DNA from: Balanoglossus misakiensis
Taxonomy: Eukaryota; Animalia; Hemichordata
Direction of reading: 5' to 3'
Length of the DNA: 64,000 nt
NCBI GenBank assembly: GCA_040954595.2
Contig: CM082582.2
Location: 8,452,425 to 8,516,424 of the forward strand
Positions 33,385-46,304 of the stretch are shown piece after piece (position 1 is the stretch's first letter; each line of letters starts with the position of its first letter). Made by a program: the position numbers and the translations under genes. The notes beneath the pieces were generated by a model that saw only the letters and a program-made list of their open reading frames with translations, was not told the DNA's origin and did not search any database.

Positions 33385-35493
33385 CCCATGATATCTGTTC
33401 TCCCCCGTTTTCTATCTTCGGTGGTCTCACTGAGCGCAGTGGACAATTAGGGTCAATCCAATACAGACAGTCATGTAGGGGTAGTATTGTGTTTGCCCAG
33501 TGAGTTTTTTATCATCCATGACAGGATACTGGTATTTAGAGCGATGTCAGTGAAAGAAAGAAAATGTAAAATAGTGTTGTCTATGCATATATAGTTTGTG
33601 TGTTTAAACCATAGAGTCCATGACATGACGTGTCATAGCATGAAATGACCAGAATAATGATGATATACCCCCTGATATTGTCTGAATTAAAATGAATATT
33701 CAACACAGGAAACTGTGTAGCATATGCTGCTATGTGTTATTCAAACCTCTCAATCATGAAAGAAATTATTTTAAGCTTAGAAAAGCGACGTGTAAATGAT
33801 GATTTCCTGGTCATTAGAAGAGTGTTGCATTTTTGAAGTAGCTCAAACTCTGTGATCTGTTTATGTGATGTGTAGTAGATGAAGCCATTCGGATCTTGGA
33901 CAGCATCTAATTCCTTCTTTTTAGTAAATTAACTATTGTCTTGTGAAATAGGGAATGTCAACTCAAAATGTGAGTTCCTTTTCTGTTGGAAAGATAAAAA
34001 AGAGTCGAAAAATTTGACAAAGGAATAGCAAGAAACTTTGTGCTGATCGTTTTGTAAATATTATACAGAAATATATAAAAGTCATGTTCCCACGTGAATC
34101 CTTATTAATATTTGTGTCATGTAAGTTACAGACAGATTGTCTATAATTAATAGATCTTGTAAAGAGAAATAAATGCAATATACAATGTGAAATTTTGTTG
34201 TGATATACTGCCTTTATAGAACACCAACCGCATGCAGGCAAATTGCCAGACGTTATATCTGTAATATATCCTGTAAAATAATTCTGGTAAAATTAAATCT
34301 ACATGTTGTGTTTGTTTGATGGGATGTGTTTGCATTCAGTCTAGGGGGGGGGGGAGGATAATTTACATTTTTTGTGAGCATTATTACAATCTCTTTGTTA
34401 GTCATAAACAGTGAATGAACATCAGTTGTTTAAAGATGAAGGTTTTATGTACACGTCTAAGCTTGTCAGTGAGTTCATTATATATCTTATTAATTGTGAA
34501 GAGGAAGGTGATGACAATGTAATGTTAAACTTAATTCAGCTTACTTCCTGTATTCCGAAAAGTAAAAAGGCACCATTATTTTGTTTCATGCTCATTGTAT
34601 TACTTTGACATGTAAAGGACCAAATCAAATGTACAATATACAGGTGACAGATTCCTGTAGTTCTTACATTGGTATCAGGAAGTATTTTATGTCATTAGCT
34701 GAATCAACGCCTGTGTGTCTTGTCTTGTCTTGTTGGATCCAAGTGGTGTAAGATTCACTGGAACAGTTGTGAATAAAAATGAAATTGTTTATTCAGATTC
34801 TGGAACGTGGTCTGATCACTGGTTGTTTGGATGGAGAATGGTGTCAGTTTTTGAGGAACAGTGGAAACCAGCATAAGTTTGAAAATTCAGATAAAAATAG
34901 TGCATACTGATATATACGACTTACTATGGAAGTTACTATTCTTGAACACACCACCTAGCCACCGGACTAAAATATTCTACACAAACATGTAGAAAGCAAA
35001 GCAGGATTTGAACGCCTGTGGTACTCTCAGTGTGGTACGAAATGAGAACATATAGTAGAGGACTTTGTATATTTATTTGTGACAGATCAATTTATTTGGC
35101 AATGACAATTTTGTATTTCAGGAAAGAAAGAAAAACTATTCAAGAGTTCCCTCCCATCTCTACACAGTAGCACACAGACGCCCAGACAGATTAAACGAAA
35201 GTATTCACGTATTGGTCGATGGTGGTGTATACAGGCACAACGCTGCGTTTTTTCATTGCGTGCTTTACGCGTCAAAATCAAAGTAAGACATATATCTGTT
35301 TTAAAATATAAACTATTTATTGAATATCAGGTGGTAAATTCGCTTTTTCAGATAATTGTGCCGAGATACATACAAAAATATTACGCGCACTTTTAGGGTT
35401 TCGCGGACGAGGTGAAAACGAAGCCTAAAACGCATGCGCATTCACCCGTTAGCAACATAGCTGAATGAGAAAGAAGCCCACTTTGCTGTCAAC

Positions 35494-36549
35494 ATGGTGC
35501 GTATTATTGCTAAACTAGCCCCCTTTCGTGCCATTTTACCTCTTAAAACTTATCTTAGACCGCTAAGCAAATGTTTGTTAACTGGAGGTGGTACCGGAAT
35601 TGGTTGATCACGTAATAATTTGACCGATCGTCTCACCGGTGTTGTCTTGTCCGTATCGATCTCGGACCGGAGGTAGTAACCGGGCAACTTCAAGCCAAGA
35701 CCCGCAAACACACCTTATGTTTTGCGTTTTATATAACCATTTGTGCTTCATCTGTTTTCCCACAGGCTGAGATAGAAGAAACTCTCAAAAGGATCCAATC
35801 ACACAAAGGTGTAATTGGTATCATCGTAGTTAATTCAGAAGGTGAGAACATTGGTGTTTGTTGATTTGTAAACAAACCAGACAAATGTGTTGATGATGCT
35901 ATGGTAGTGTGTTAAATGATGATGGTGTGAATTTTCGGACGCGAAATGTCAAGAATCAAGAGAGAAGAAAATCAACATCGGATCAGATTCGTACAGAAAC
36001 TCATCAAGGGCTATATTTAAGGACAATGTTGTAGTGTTAGTATGTTGATCATGATGTATGCCTGTGTCTGATATTGTCAACACATCACTCAGTTCAGTGA
36101 TAGTTTGAGAATTTCAGATCTAAATTGTGACACATTTATTATCCTGTAGGAATTCCAATTCGTACGACATTAGATAATTCAACAACTGTCCAGTACTCTG
36201 GTCTCATCCATCAGTTGGCAGCCAAAGCCAGGAGCACAGTCAGAGATATTGACCCACAGAATGACCTGACATTCCTGAGAATAAGGTCAAAGAAACATGA
36301 AATCATGGTTGCTCCAGGTAGGCTATTGTTTACATTATTTGATTACACGTTGGTCACTATGTGTGTTCTTTAATGTATAAATGTATGAATAAAGACAAGG
36401 AGAATTGACTTTTCATATTCTTAGTCCACCAGTACCACATTTCATTTGTTTATAGACACTGAGCTAATATGCTAATTTTATCCTTTTTTTTTCTTGTTTT
36501 TCCAGACAAGGAATATCTCCTGATCGTCATTCAGAATCCAAAGGAATAG
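35494..36549 (+). CDS. DYNLRB: Dynein light chain roadblock-type
   Basis: Exon 1 contributes only ATG (35494-35496), then [26 protein letters not shown]|[15 protein letters not shown]...[24 protein letters not shown]|[14 protein letters not shown]. Not present in the ORF track. Confidence 0.95.
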
Positions 36550-37733
36550 ATTGCTGCCAACATCCATCACCATCAAACTTTCATTCACCTGTGCAACATA
36601 CAGAGCATTACTCATTCAGTAAAATAGTTATCAATCAATTCGGTTTATGTATATACATAATTATTGTTCCAGGACGTAACAAATGATCAGAATTTATTTG
36701 CTTCAAGTTTTTCTGATGTTTTAAAATCTGGTGATTTTTGCCTTCACAACAAAAGCTATCTGTATTTAAGTATTTTAGTTGGCGTTTGTACCTTAAGGCT
36801 TAACTGCATGTGTAAATGTCAGACGTTTTTCAGTTTCATTCTTCTCTTTTGTCAATAAAGATGACTGTTCTTTACTTGTATGCATTGCGTGTTTACCTTG
36901 GATGAGATTTATGGCATTTCTTGATTCAGATCTAGCAAGTGGTCTTCCTCTATAATATTAAAAATACCAGGATTGGTCTGTTGAGCATCAAACTAACAGG
37001 GCCGTGATGTGAACTGCAGGACTGCTAGTGGATTTTCTAACCATCTGTGATTGCAATTTAAGCTGGGTTAAATGGTGTCATGACAAAACTCTGGCTTTAT
37101 GCAGTTAACACCAAGCACTTTGAAACGTCAAAGACACAAATTCCTATGCAGTGGTTACATTTGTTAAATGATCTACACATAAATGTGTATGTTTTAAGTT
37201 ACACATAATTTACATTTATACATTCTTTTTTATCTGGATAAAGGTGAAATTATTATCAATCATTTAAAAAAATATGTTTTCACACCTCACCAATTATAGT
37301 CTCGCTTTCTGTTTCGATATTTCACCTCCGAGCTCCGTGTTCGTTTCTGTGTGCACATTTCATGTCCACCTGACCGAATCACGTGACCACTGTGCACAGC
37401 GCAGCGACCGCAGTGGCCGATCAGTGAAGTTGACTGTATCACATCGTGTGTTGGAAAAACAACATTGCTCTCTGAGAATCGGAGATGTTCAGCAAAGTGG
37501 TCAGTAAATGAAGACTTTGGGATTGTAAAACTAGCACGAGAAACCGTTGGAACGCGACGACGACGTCGGACAAACAGCGATCTGCATGTGAAATCGCATA
37601 CAGCTGGAGCTGTACGTGTTCGACATAGGACTTGTACTGAACGTACAGTGAGGCGGTATATCGTCTGATCTATTGAATTTCCGTTGAAGGAAACCGAGAG
37701 CATACATGATCCCTTGAAGTGTTTGATTGTGAA

Positions 37734-39480
37734 ATGTCGTTTGAGTCAGACCACCCGGTTTCTACCGAGCCGGTGAAAAACAACGATAAAATCTTGCGTA
37801 CCCACAAAGTGATCCTTTTAGGCGATGCTGGGGCTGGGAAGACGAGTCTGTTCCGGCGATACATGGGCCTCAGTTTCCCGAGGACCCCAGAAACGACCTT
37901 GTCGACGCGTCCAAGCTTTCCTCGACACTTTCAAGATTGCAATGGACAACCGATTGAGGTATGAATGGATCGGTATTATTTTCTATTTACATTACGATCC
38001 TGGTACTTAGTAAACCCTGCTCAGGCTGGATCAAGACCTTGTTTTCAAACATTTGATTTATGAGGCCAAACAACACATGTACATACATTTGATACTGTTG
38101 TGATTTATATGCTAGGTAACATATCAAAATGTAAAAAAGTCTGACTTGAATTATGAAAGGATTAAACCTTGGTAGTAGAATTTCTTAAAGAATCTATTTT
38201 TGGAAAGGGTGTTTTATGCACACAGCTTCAGAGGTGATCAAGCTGGCCATCTTGACAGGACTGTTGCTTAGCAACAAGAACAGGATACATGAAATATGAG
38301 CATACATGTATTACACAATGGGTTTCATAATTATCTCGGTTTTATATGTACTTGTTTTAAAAACATCTCGAGAATGTGTCTGTGTTATGTTTTGATAATT
38401 CTGGTATACCATTCAGGGTCAACAAGTCAGTACTATTTTCCATACATAACCATGGCATGTTTTAAAACATCAAACAAATTGTTGTTCTCAATATTATCAA
38501 AGAAATCCACAGAGGGGGGGGGGGGTGCTGCCTCATTGACATATAATCTAAAATGTCACAGTTGTGATTTGGCTAAATGTTCAGGATATCAGTCAAAATG
38601 TGCTTAGAATAACAATCATCTACATGAAAATGCTCGGTATAAGTCAGCATCTGCATGAGGAATCACATAGCCTACAGAAGTGGTTTTAATGCTAACATAC
38701 TGTACAAATTGGATCACATGTGTGGGTTAACCCCCAGGTCAATCGGCGGGGTCAGCTGGGGTCACCAGCTGATAGGATTTCACGTAACATACATAGCTAG
38801 TGTAACTTAAGCAGTACATAGTGTGTAGATAACCTTTCTCCGACAGGACCAATTACTGCAATCCCCAGGGCCATGACGACCACTTCATAAACTGTTCTGG
38901 TGACAGAAATGTTCATGTGTCACATTTCTGAATTTTATCCGAGGAGACATTATACAGGTAGTTTGCTGAACGCAGAAAAGCAAATATTAATCTTTTCATG
39001 CAATATTTACAGGTTGATATATGGGACACCGCCGGTGCTGAAAGAATGCGATCGCTGACCGAGAATTACTTCAGACAGACGTCGGCCGCACTCATGGTCT
39101 ACGACGTGACCAGTTACGAGAGCTTCGACACCATCGTCTCCTACTGGTCCGAGAGCATCATCAGCCGGGAGCCGCTGGCCAAGCTGTTCCTGATCGGAAA
39201 CAAAATAGACTTGATCCGCGAGAACGAGGACACCGAGACCCTCACCCAGGCCGAGAAGTTCATGGAGACACAGAACATCAAAATCATCAAACATTTCAAA
39301 GTCTCGGCGAAGACCGACGAGGGGGTGGAAATGATGTTCCACCAGATTGCGCAATGTCTGGACCAGAGGGAGGACATCAAAAAGACCAGAAGCACCATTA
39401 AGATATCGGAGTCGGACTGCGATAATCCGCCGAAGACGTTTGATATTATGTCGTGGCTGAAAAGCAAATGTCAGCTATGA
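37734..39480 (+). CDS. Atypical Rab-like small GTPase, 2 coding exons (37734-37958, 39013-39480)
   Basis: G1 GDAGAGKT, G3 WDTAGAE, RSLTENYFR (RabF-like), G4 GNKID, G5 VSAK, C-terminus SKCQL*. Confidence 0.85.
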
Positions 39481-41033
39481 TGTAAACGGGGGAGGACACA
39501 GTACTGAAATACGAGAGTTGATTGAGGAGGTCCGAGTTTTACTAGCATGGGTTGCTCCAAGTCTAGTTTTCTATGGTAAACAAGGACCTCTATAGAGGCG
39601 AACAAGGGGAAAGGGTTAACTCTGTGGTCTCCAAGCCAAGCTCAGAACTTTTCAACCAACGCTTGTAGGACCTAGTCGACCTAGTGACTGATCATTGTAA
39701 TAATTTAGTCATGAATAGTGCCTTCCCACTGTTGCCAAGCAACATGAATATGTTGTAGATTTGACAACTCATTAATTTAGGATATCGTCCATGTTTCAGT
39801 TAAAAGTGGGTAGTGCAATGCAAAAGTCTGATTAGGATTCAAATTTGGTGCCCAGTCAGGTTGTGTACATAAAGATTGAAAGTCAAGCCAGCATTGCTCA
39901 GTTCAGATGAAATTCAAAAATTGCTTAGCTCTTCTTCAATGTGGCACAAGATTTCTTTGATGTCATATTATGTGTATAACTTATAAGATCAAAATTCCAA
40001 TCAATTTTTGTGGGTTTAGAATTAGCAAGTCGAGTTGGAGTGCTTGCTTCCAGTCTTAACACTCTTGCTGTGTGTCTGTCACAAAGCACGCCTTTACATT
40101 GTGTGATAATATTTAAAATTGCAAAGTGTAAATTGCTTCTATATTTCAGATTGCAAAGCATACATTTACTAAAAATGGGCATGGCCTCGACACTAGTAAG
40201 GGTAAATAATGTCTGTATGTCCAATAAAAGTCCAATAAAAGTGTCAAAACTGTTTAGTTTTCGCTCCTACTATTGTCTTTCGAAATAATGGCCAAGTTAT
40301 CGAGTGGTTTTTGGTTTTATTTGTCCTGTATATTTTTGCTCAGTCTTAGTTTTAAATCAAAGTTTATTCACATTCTGATTTTCATCTGTATGGTTCGCAG
40401 TAGTGGTTAATTGTAAAAGGGTCTCCTTGTTCACTGCCCCCTACTGTTAGACTTGGTTCAAGTCAGTCAATTAAAAATAAAGTTGTTCGCAACAGCTTGG
40501 GTAACTTGTTATTATTTCATGCAAAACTGCTTCTGCATCTCCATAGGAATAACATTTCTGTTGCCAGAAGAATTATTGGGAAAACAAATGTAATTTGGCA
40601 CGTTTCAGTTAGTAATTTCGAATGAACTTCAGGTCCCTTCTCAAGCTGAAAATGAGCTTTCCTGAACACAATTTTACCAGGGTGATGCCATAGCGCCACC
40701 AGTCATGGTATTAGTAAATTACCAAACTTTTGTTTGTGGTACTGTACTATAATAATAGCGCCACCACGAGGTCACTGTGTAGTGTCCGCCCATTTAAAGT
40801 TTCTGCCCCATATACGTAGCATTCTTCGGGATGCCTGCTATAAGTACATCAGTATAAGTATAGCGTCAAGCTATTTTCCTGCTTTCCTACTTCACTTGAT
40901 TAATACTATCTTGTTTAGCTGCAGATCTGCACGTGACCCTGATACAGTTTCCAAGGTCAGGCACTCTGGCAGGCACTGCTCAGATATGACGACAGTGCCA
41001 GCCAGCGGTGAACAGGGAACCAGACGCGACGGA

Positions 41034-44000
41034 CTACTTTCGTTGTTCCCGTTCTTTCAAAATCCTGCGAAGTATCTTCCCGCTCGGCGACGTCGGAACC
41101 TTATCGATAAATTCCACACCTCCTCGTATCATCTTGAAGGATGGCACATTGGCTGAGTAAAAGAAAGGATCAATGTCTGCCTTAATGAATCGTCAAAAGC
41201 AAAAGAATTGGTAAAACAAGTTCATCATCCTGAATTTTGTCGCATGTCATCATCGGAATTACCGCATGCAAAAGTGTACACTAACCTTCGACAAACTTGA
41301 AAACATCATCCTCAGATAAATTTTTATCGCCTCTCACCACGAAGGCTTTTGGTACCTCTCCAGCTCTTTCATCCGGGACACCGATCACTGCTGCGTCTTC
41401 TATTCTAGGGTGACTTATCAACAATGCCTCTAACTCGGCGGGTGCAACCTGGCCAATAAGAATTCGGGTTTCCAAATTAAAAGAAGTATCTGTCACACAA
41501 AGCTCTTGCAGGAACAGTAAACTGATATTAAGGTTTTGAATGATGAGTAGGATCCTTTTCCCTATAGTATGGCAACATAGGGACCTTGTTGCATTGAAAA
41601 GCAAATTTGCACTCGCGAAAGCTTGACAGTCGCGTCGTTCATGAAGGAGATGGGACTTCTTGTAGTGAGCTTATTATGACGATATCATCAAGTAAAGAGC
41701 GATCGAAATAGCCAAAACATACTTGAAATCCTTTGTACTTGATAAGATCTTTCTGTCGGTCGACCACATGCATCTGCTCTTTTTCATCAATGTACCCTAT
41801 ATCAGCTATCGTGGTTTGAAATTTCAAAGGAAAAAAATAGTGCAATTTAATGAATGTGTAAATACTTTTTGTAATTGCACAAATGCCACGAGACTGGATA
41901 TTAAAGTCTAATTACCAACCTGTGTGAACCCACCCCTCCTCGTCTATCAGGTCTCTCGTCGCCTTCTCGTTGTCATAGTAATGCGACATAACGGTTGGAC
42001 CGCGGAGACATATTTCCCCTACTGTACCACTCTGTACAACATCGCCAGTTTCGAGATCTATTATCTGTTTGTCAGAATTAAAACATTCAAAATGCATAAT
42101 TAAGATCATATATTTTCTTCTACATTTATCTGACTCTTCAACACATTGCGATTTACACTCGAGAATTTCGTTCAAACTTTCGAAAAATACCCACATTTTG
42201 TCTTTAAAAAAAGTGCATGACTGTAATGAACCCAACATGAAACAATTTCACAGGTAGGACTTTCGAGATCTATAGCTTATGGCATGACAACAATTAATGA
42301 ATTTCCTTCTGGAAATGTAATGTCTCAAGGACTGGCCGAAACGTGACATACTAGTACGCTACGTATTCGAACCCTGTCTTCGAACGAATGTCTTTTAGGA
42401 CGTTACCTTTGCTTCCATATTGGGGAGCAGACTACCGCATGCACCTTTTGTCCACTGGCTTGCATCGTATCCATGCGAGATGTGAGAAAGCACCTCTGTC
42501 ATCCCGTAACCTAAAATAGAGTTGGTGGAAGAGCGTTACTAGATTCCGGCTCCTGGTGACCAACTTCATTAAGGGCAAACCGTTGTTGCTTCAGGAGGGG
42601 GTGTGGGCAATGTGTTTTATAGGCAGCGGTCACAAACATATCGGGGGAGGGACAGGAAAGATATTCCCGTTTTTTCCAGATTCTCCCCTAACACCCTCAA
42701 GAGTCTAGGTATGTGGAGAGACTATGCCTAGATAGACGAACTGTACCTTGTTTGAATACCACCTGCGAGTTCGTTCGTCGCACAACAACTTCCGGTAGTT
42801 CCTCGCTGGTCGGCGCTGCACCACAAATAAATTCTCTCAGGTTTGATAGGTCATAGTTATCAACCATCGGGTGTTTGGCATGGAGAAGAGCGATTGGAGG
42901 TACAATGGGTGACACAGTAATCTGTTGAAAATATGATCAGTACCTACAAATATTGACTTTGTTCTGTGCTTGTCTTTGCAACTGGCCATTGTAACAACTG
43001 CATACATGCATGTGATATGAAGTTTAAAAATGGATGACTATTATTAAAGGATAAGTTCTGACAAGCCTACAACCACATTGCATTGGCTCTTACTTTAAAG
43101 GTCGTTCTCACTTCTGAGGCAAAATTTTGATGTGCAATACACGTGTCTATGAAATTGGCGCATAAAAAAATTGAATATCAGGGCAAAATGAACAACCCCC
43201 TGAGCAGCCATCTTGGCAACTGCATGCTGGGAAAATACCCGGATGATGACGAAAAAGTTCCATAAAAATATAACTAACCTTATAGTCCTGAAGTGTTTGG
43301 AGATATAATTGTGCATCAAACTTGGGCAAGGTTACCAATCGAGCTCCCGTAACCAAAGTGAAGCACTGGACAAGAGTCATACCATAGATGTGAAAGAACG
43401 GAAGCAGCGCTAAAACACTGTCCCCGAAATCTCGACGGAAAAGGCTCGGGGCCCTGAACATAAAATATTGCGAGAATAGTTAAAACCAGATTTGCATTAT
43501 CTGAATATTCCGCATGTATCATAAAACAATTTGTGGCCATCAGGTAACTTTCGACTATCTGTTAGGCCATTTCAGATGTGCGTACGCGTCAGTGAAACCA
43601 TCTCCAAGCCTTAATAGTTTCATTTCTCACCCGAATTGTCGAAGGATTGTTATGAAGGCCGTGTGACTGATGACAACTCCCTTGGGCAAACCTGTCGTTC
43701 CACTTGAGTACGGGATGACCGCGCGGTCTGTGTCACTTCCAATCTCTGTTGGCTTTGTCACGACTGAGCCGTTGTTGTCCAGTAGAGATGAAAACTGCTT
43801 GCAGCCTTCAAACTCGTTTTCCTCACCGATGACGTAAACCTCCTGTAATGATAGAATCAACAAGAGATGCAGGTTTCAGTCCAAGTAGTGTACTCACAAA
43901 GTTCTGTCTCAAAGTCAAACAAACATTGTGCGTGCAGACCCGAACGGCAGAATGTGGTCCTCAGCTCCGAAGTCGACGGTACAGCATCAAGTGACATAAT

Positions 44001-45542
44001 AGCAGCCCGACCTCATGGCAGCATGCGTATTCATTTACACGTCCATCAAAAATAAATAATTCATTAACACCTGTTCACCTGATCCTAGTAGACAAAAGAA
44101 ATCTTACTACAGCCTGTAAAGGTCACATCGATGACCTCATCATCACAACACCATTTTTGGAGTCTCACCTTTACGCTTGGGACATTAGCTTTCACTTTCC
44201 TGACAGTCTCAACAAATACGGAAAGTGTGATAATGACATCCGGTTTCGTTGAAGACAGTTGGTGTGTTACGTCATCTGAATTGATAAAATGGATTGCGTA
44301 TTTTTTATAAAGGTCCTATAAGACTCAAATAAATTTAAACTAATCGTACCGTTCATATCAAAAGAACAGAATTACCTGCCATCAGAAGCGGATTGACGGT
44401 TGTCACAATACCACCGGCTGCTAAAACAGCAAACATTGCGATAGTATATTCTGGAACATTCGGCAGATGTATGGCACACATAAAACCAGGTTGAAAACCA
44501 TGGATGCGGAACCCACTGGCGCATTTATACACATTTTCCTTGAGTTGTGAAAAGGTGTACGACTTTCCTGAAACACCATCTACCTGAGGACAAATGAAAT
44601 AGTTTAACTTTTAAAAACAAATCGTTATCGCCAGAGGCCAAGTGTCAGCAACCACGTGCACCTGTTATTTTGCAAAGAAAACCAGCCTTTGTCAAATGTT
44701 TTTTTTTTTTACATCGGAGGTTTGCTTGTTTCTTTAGCATTTTCCATTTTGCAATCGATAACAATTTTGAATTACAGTCGACTTACCAGAGCTTCTCTGT
44801 CGCCGAATCTATCGAAATCCTTCATGACGTATTCCACAAGATTCATATTAGATGGAATTTCGACGTCTGGCAAATTACTTTTGTAAACACCTGTACCTGG
44901 AGATACATGATTACATCGCGGGTTTTTAATCGCGGCTGTGCTTCTCTAGAAAACATCTAATGTTAGGTTGAAGTTCTCCCCTGGAAACAAAACGACCGAT
45001 TTGCATCGTAGACGAACATGCCTTCCCGACATTTACTGGGGTTATACTGTGTCAGCTAAAGAATACAGTGATTAAATAGGTCAGCCAATTGTCCCTCTCC
45101 AAACTGCCTCAAAATGAAGAACTGTTCCAGTTCAGTCGCTATGTATTATAGTCACGTACGTCTGCTTGCATGAATGCCCTGTCTATTGAGCTTTAGTGGG
45201 AAACATAACGATAGGTAATATGACCAGACAAATCAGGCCCATGTGGTTTGCAGCTAACTGTTGGCAAATTGCAGTGAAGTAAATTCATGTGTTTTGACCT
45301 CTTGTGTTTTTTTTTTCCGGGAGTCATTCAACTTGATAGGCAATGCTTGCCACACGAGAACGTTTAGCACTACACTTACTTGAAATACTCCAGCGGCGTG
45401 CGGTTTGTGAAAAATCACGTTGCAGAGTTGACAGGACGCCCCGTTTACAGGGCACGTCGAAAACAGATAAAAACCTCGGACGACATATCCTTTTTAAAGG
45501 TGAATTCAGCAGGCGGTAGGTAGTCGGCAAGATATGGGCCAT
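41034..45542 (-). CDS. Luciferase/4-coumarate-CoA ligase-like acyl-CoA synthetase, copy 1
   Basis: [77 protein letters not shown]; ends REQRK*. First exon (about 45380-45542) encodes a basic presequence; an in-frame upstream ATG at 45617 is also possible. Confidence 0.9.
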
Positions 45543-46304
45543 TTTCAAACGCAACGCTAAAACTGGCGCACCCACTATGTGGTTCACGAAACTTCGGCAA
45601 GAATGTGGCAGCAACATTATTCGAGAGTTGACGTATATGGGCCAACAGTTCACTCACTGTGACCGCCTACTGTTATTTGATATAAGTACACGAGCGTACT
45701 TTGTACTCAGAAATTGAGACGATCACCAGACCGTCACCTATAATCTTAGAGTCTTCCAACTGTGGCTGACCAGATGGACTCCGAGAGTTTCCTCGAAAAC
45801 TGAAAATTTGAACTTAATGACACCCGGTCCCTATTATATAAATTTGGAAACTCCTCACATTTTATTTTATCCTAGTCACAGTTAAAAAGATAAAAAGAAT
45901 TGCACACCTACCTACAAGTACCTATTTTGCAGAGCGTGTAAGAGGAAACACTTTTTCTCTCGCCTCAATTTATAACCATTTCTGCATGTGAATGCAAATC
46001 CCAACAAACACTGTACAGTGTGTCGGTATGAGAAGACAAGTATTATTAAAATATATATCAAAAGGGCTAATTTACTTAGTTTTGTATGCTATTCAAATGC
46101 GAGTTAAAGATAACTCATCGAAATTCTTACAAAATATAAAGATTATTTGAACATGATTTACAGAATGCGTCTGTGTTCCATGTACATGTGAACACATTTG
46201 TTGTTTATATATGCTGCATGAACCACGTGACCACTAATTGAAAATGTGTGTTAACCTCGATGCTTGGCAACCGTGGTTAGATTTACATCGGTGACTGTAC
46301 ACCT

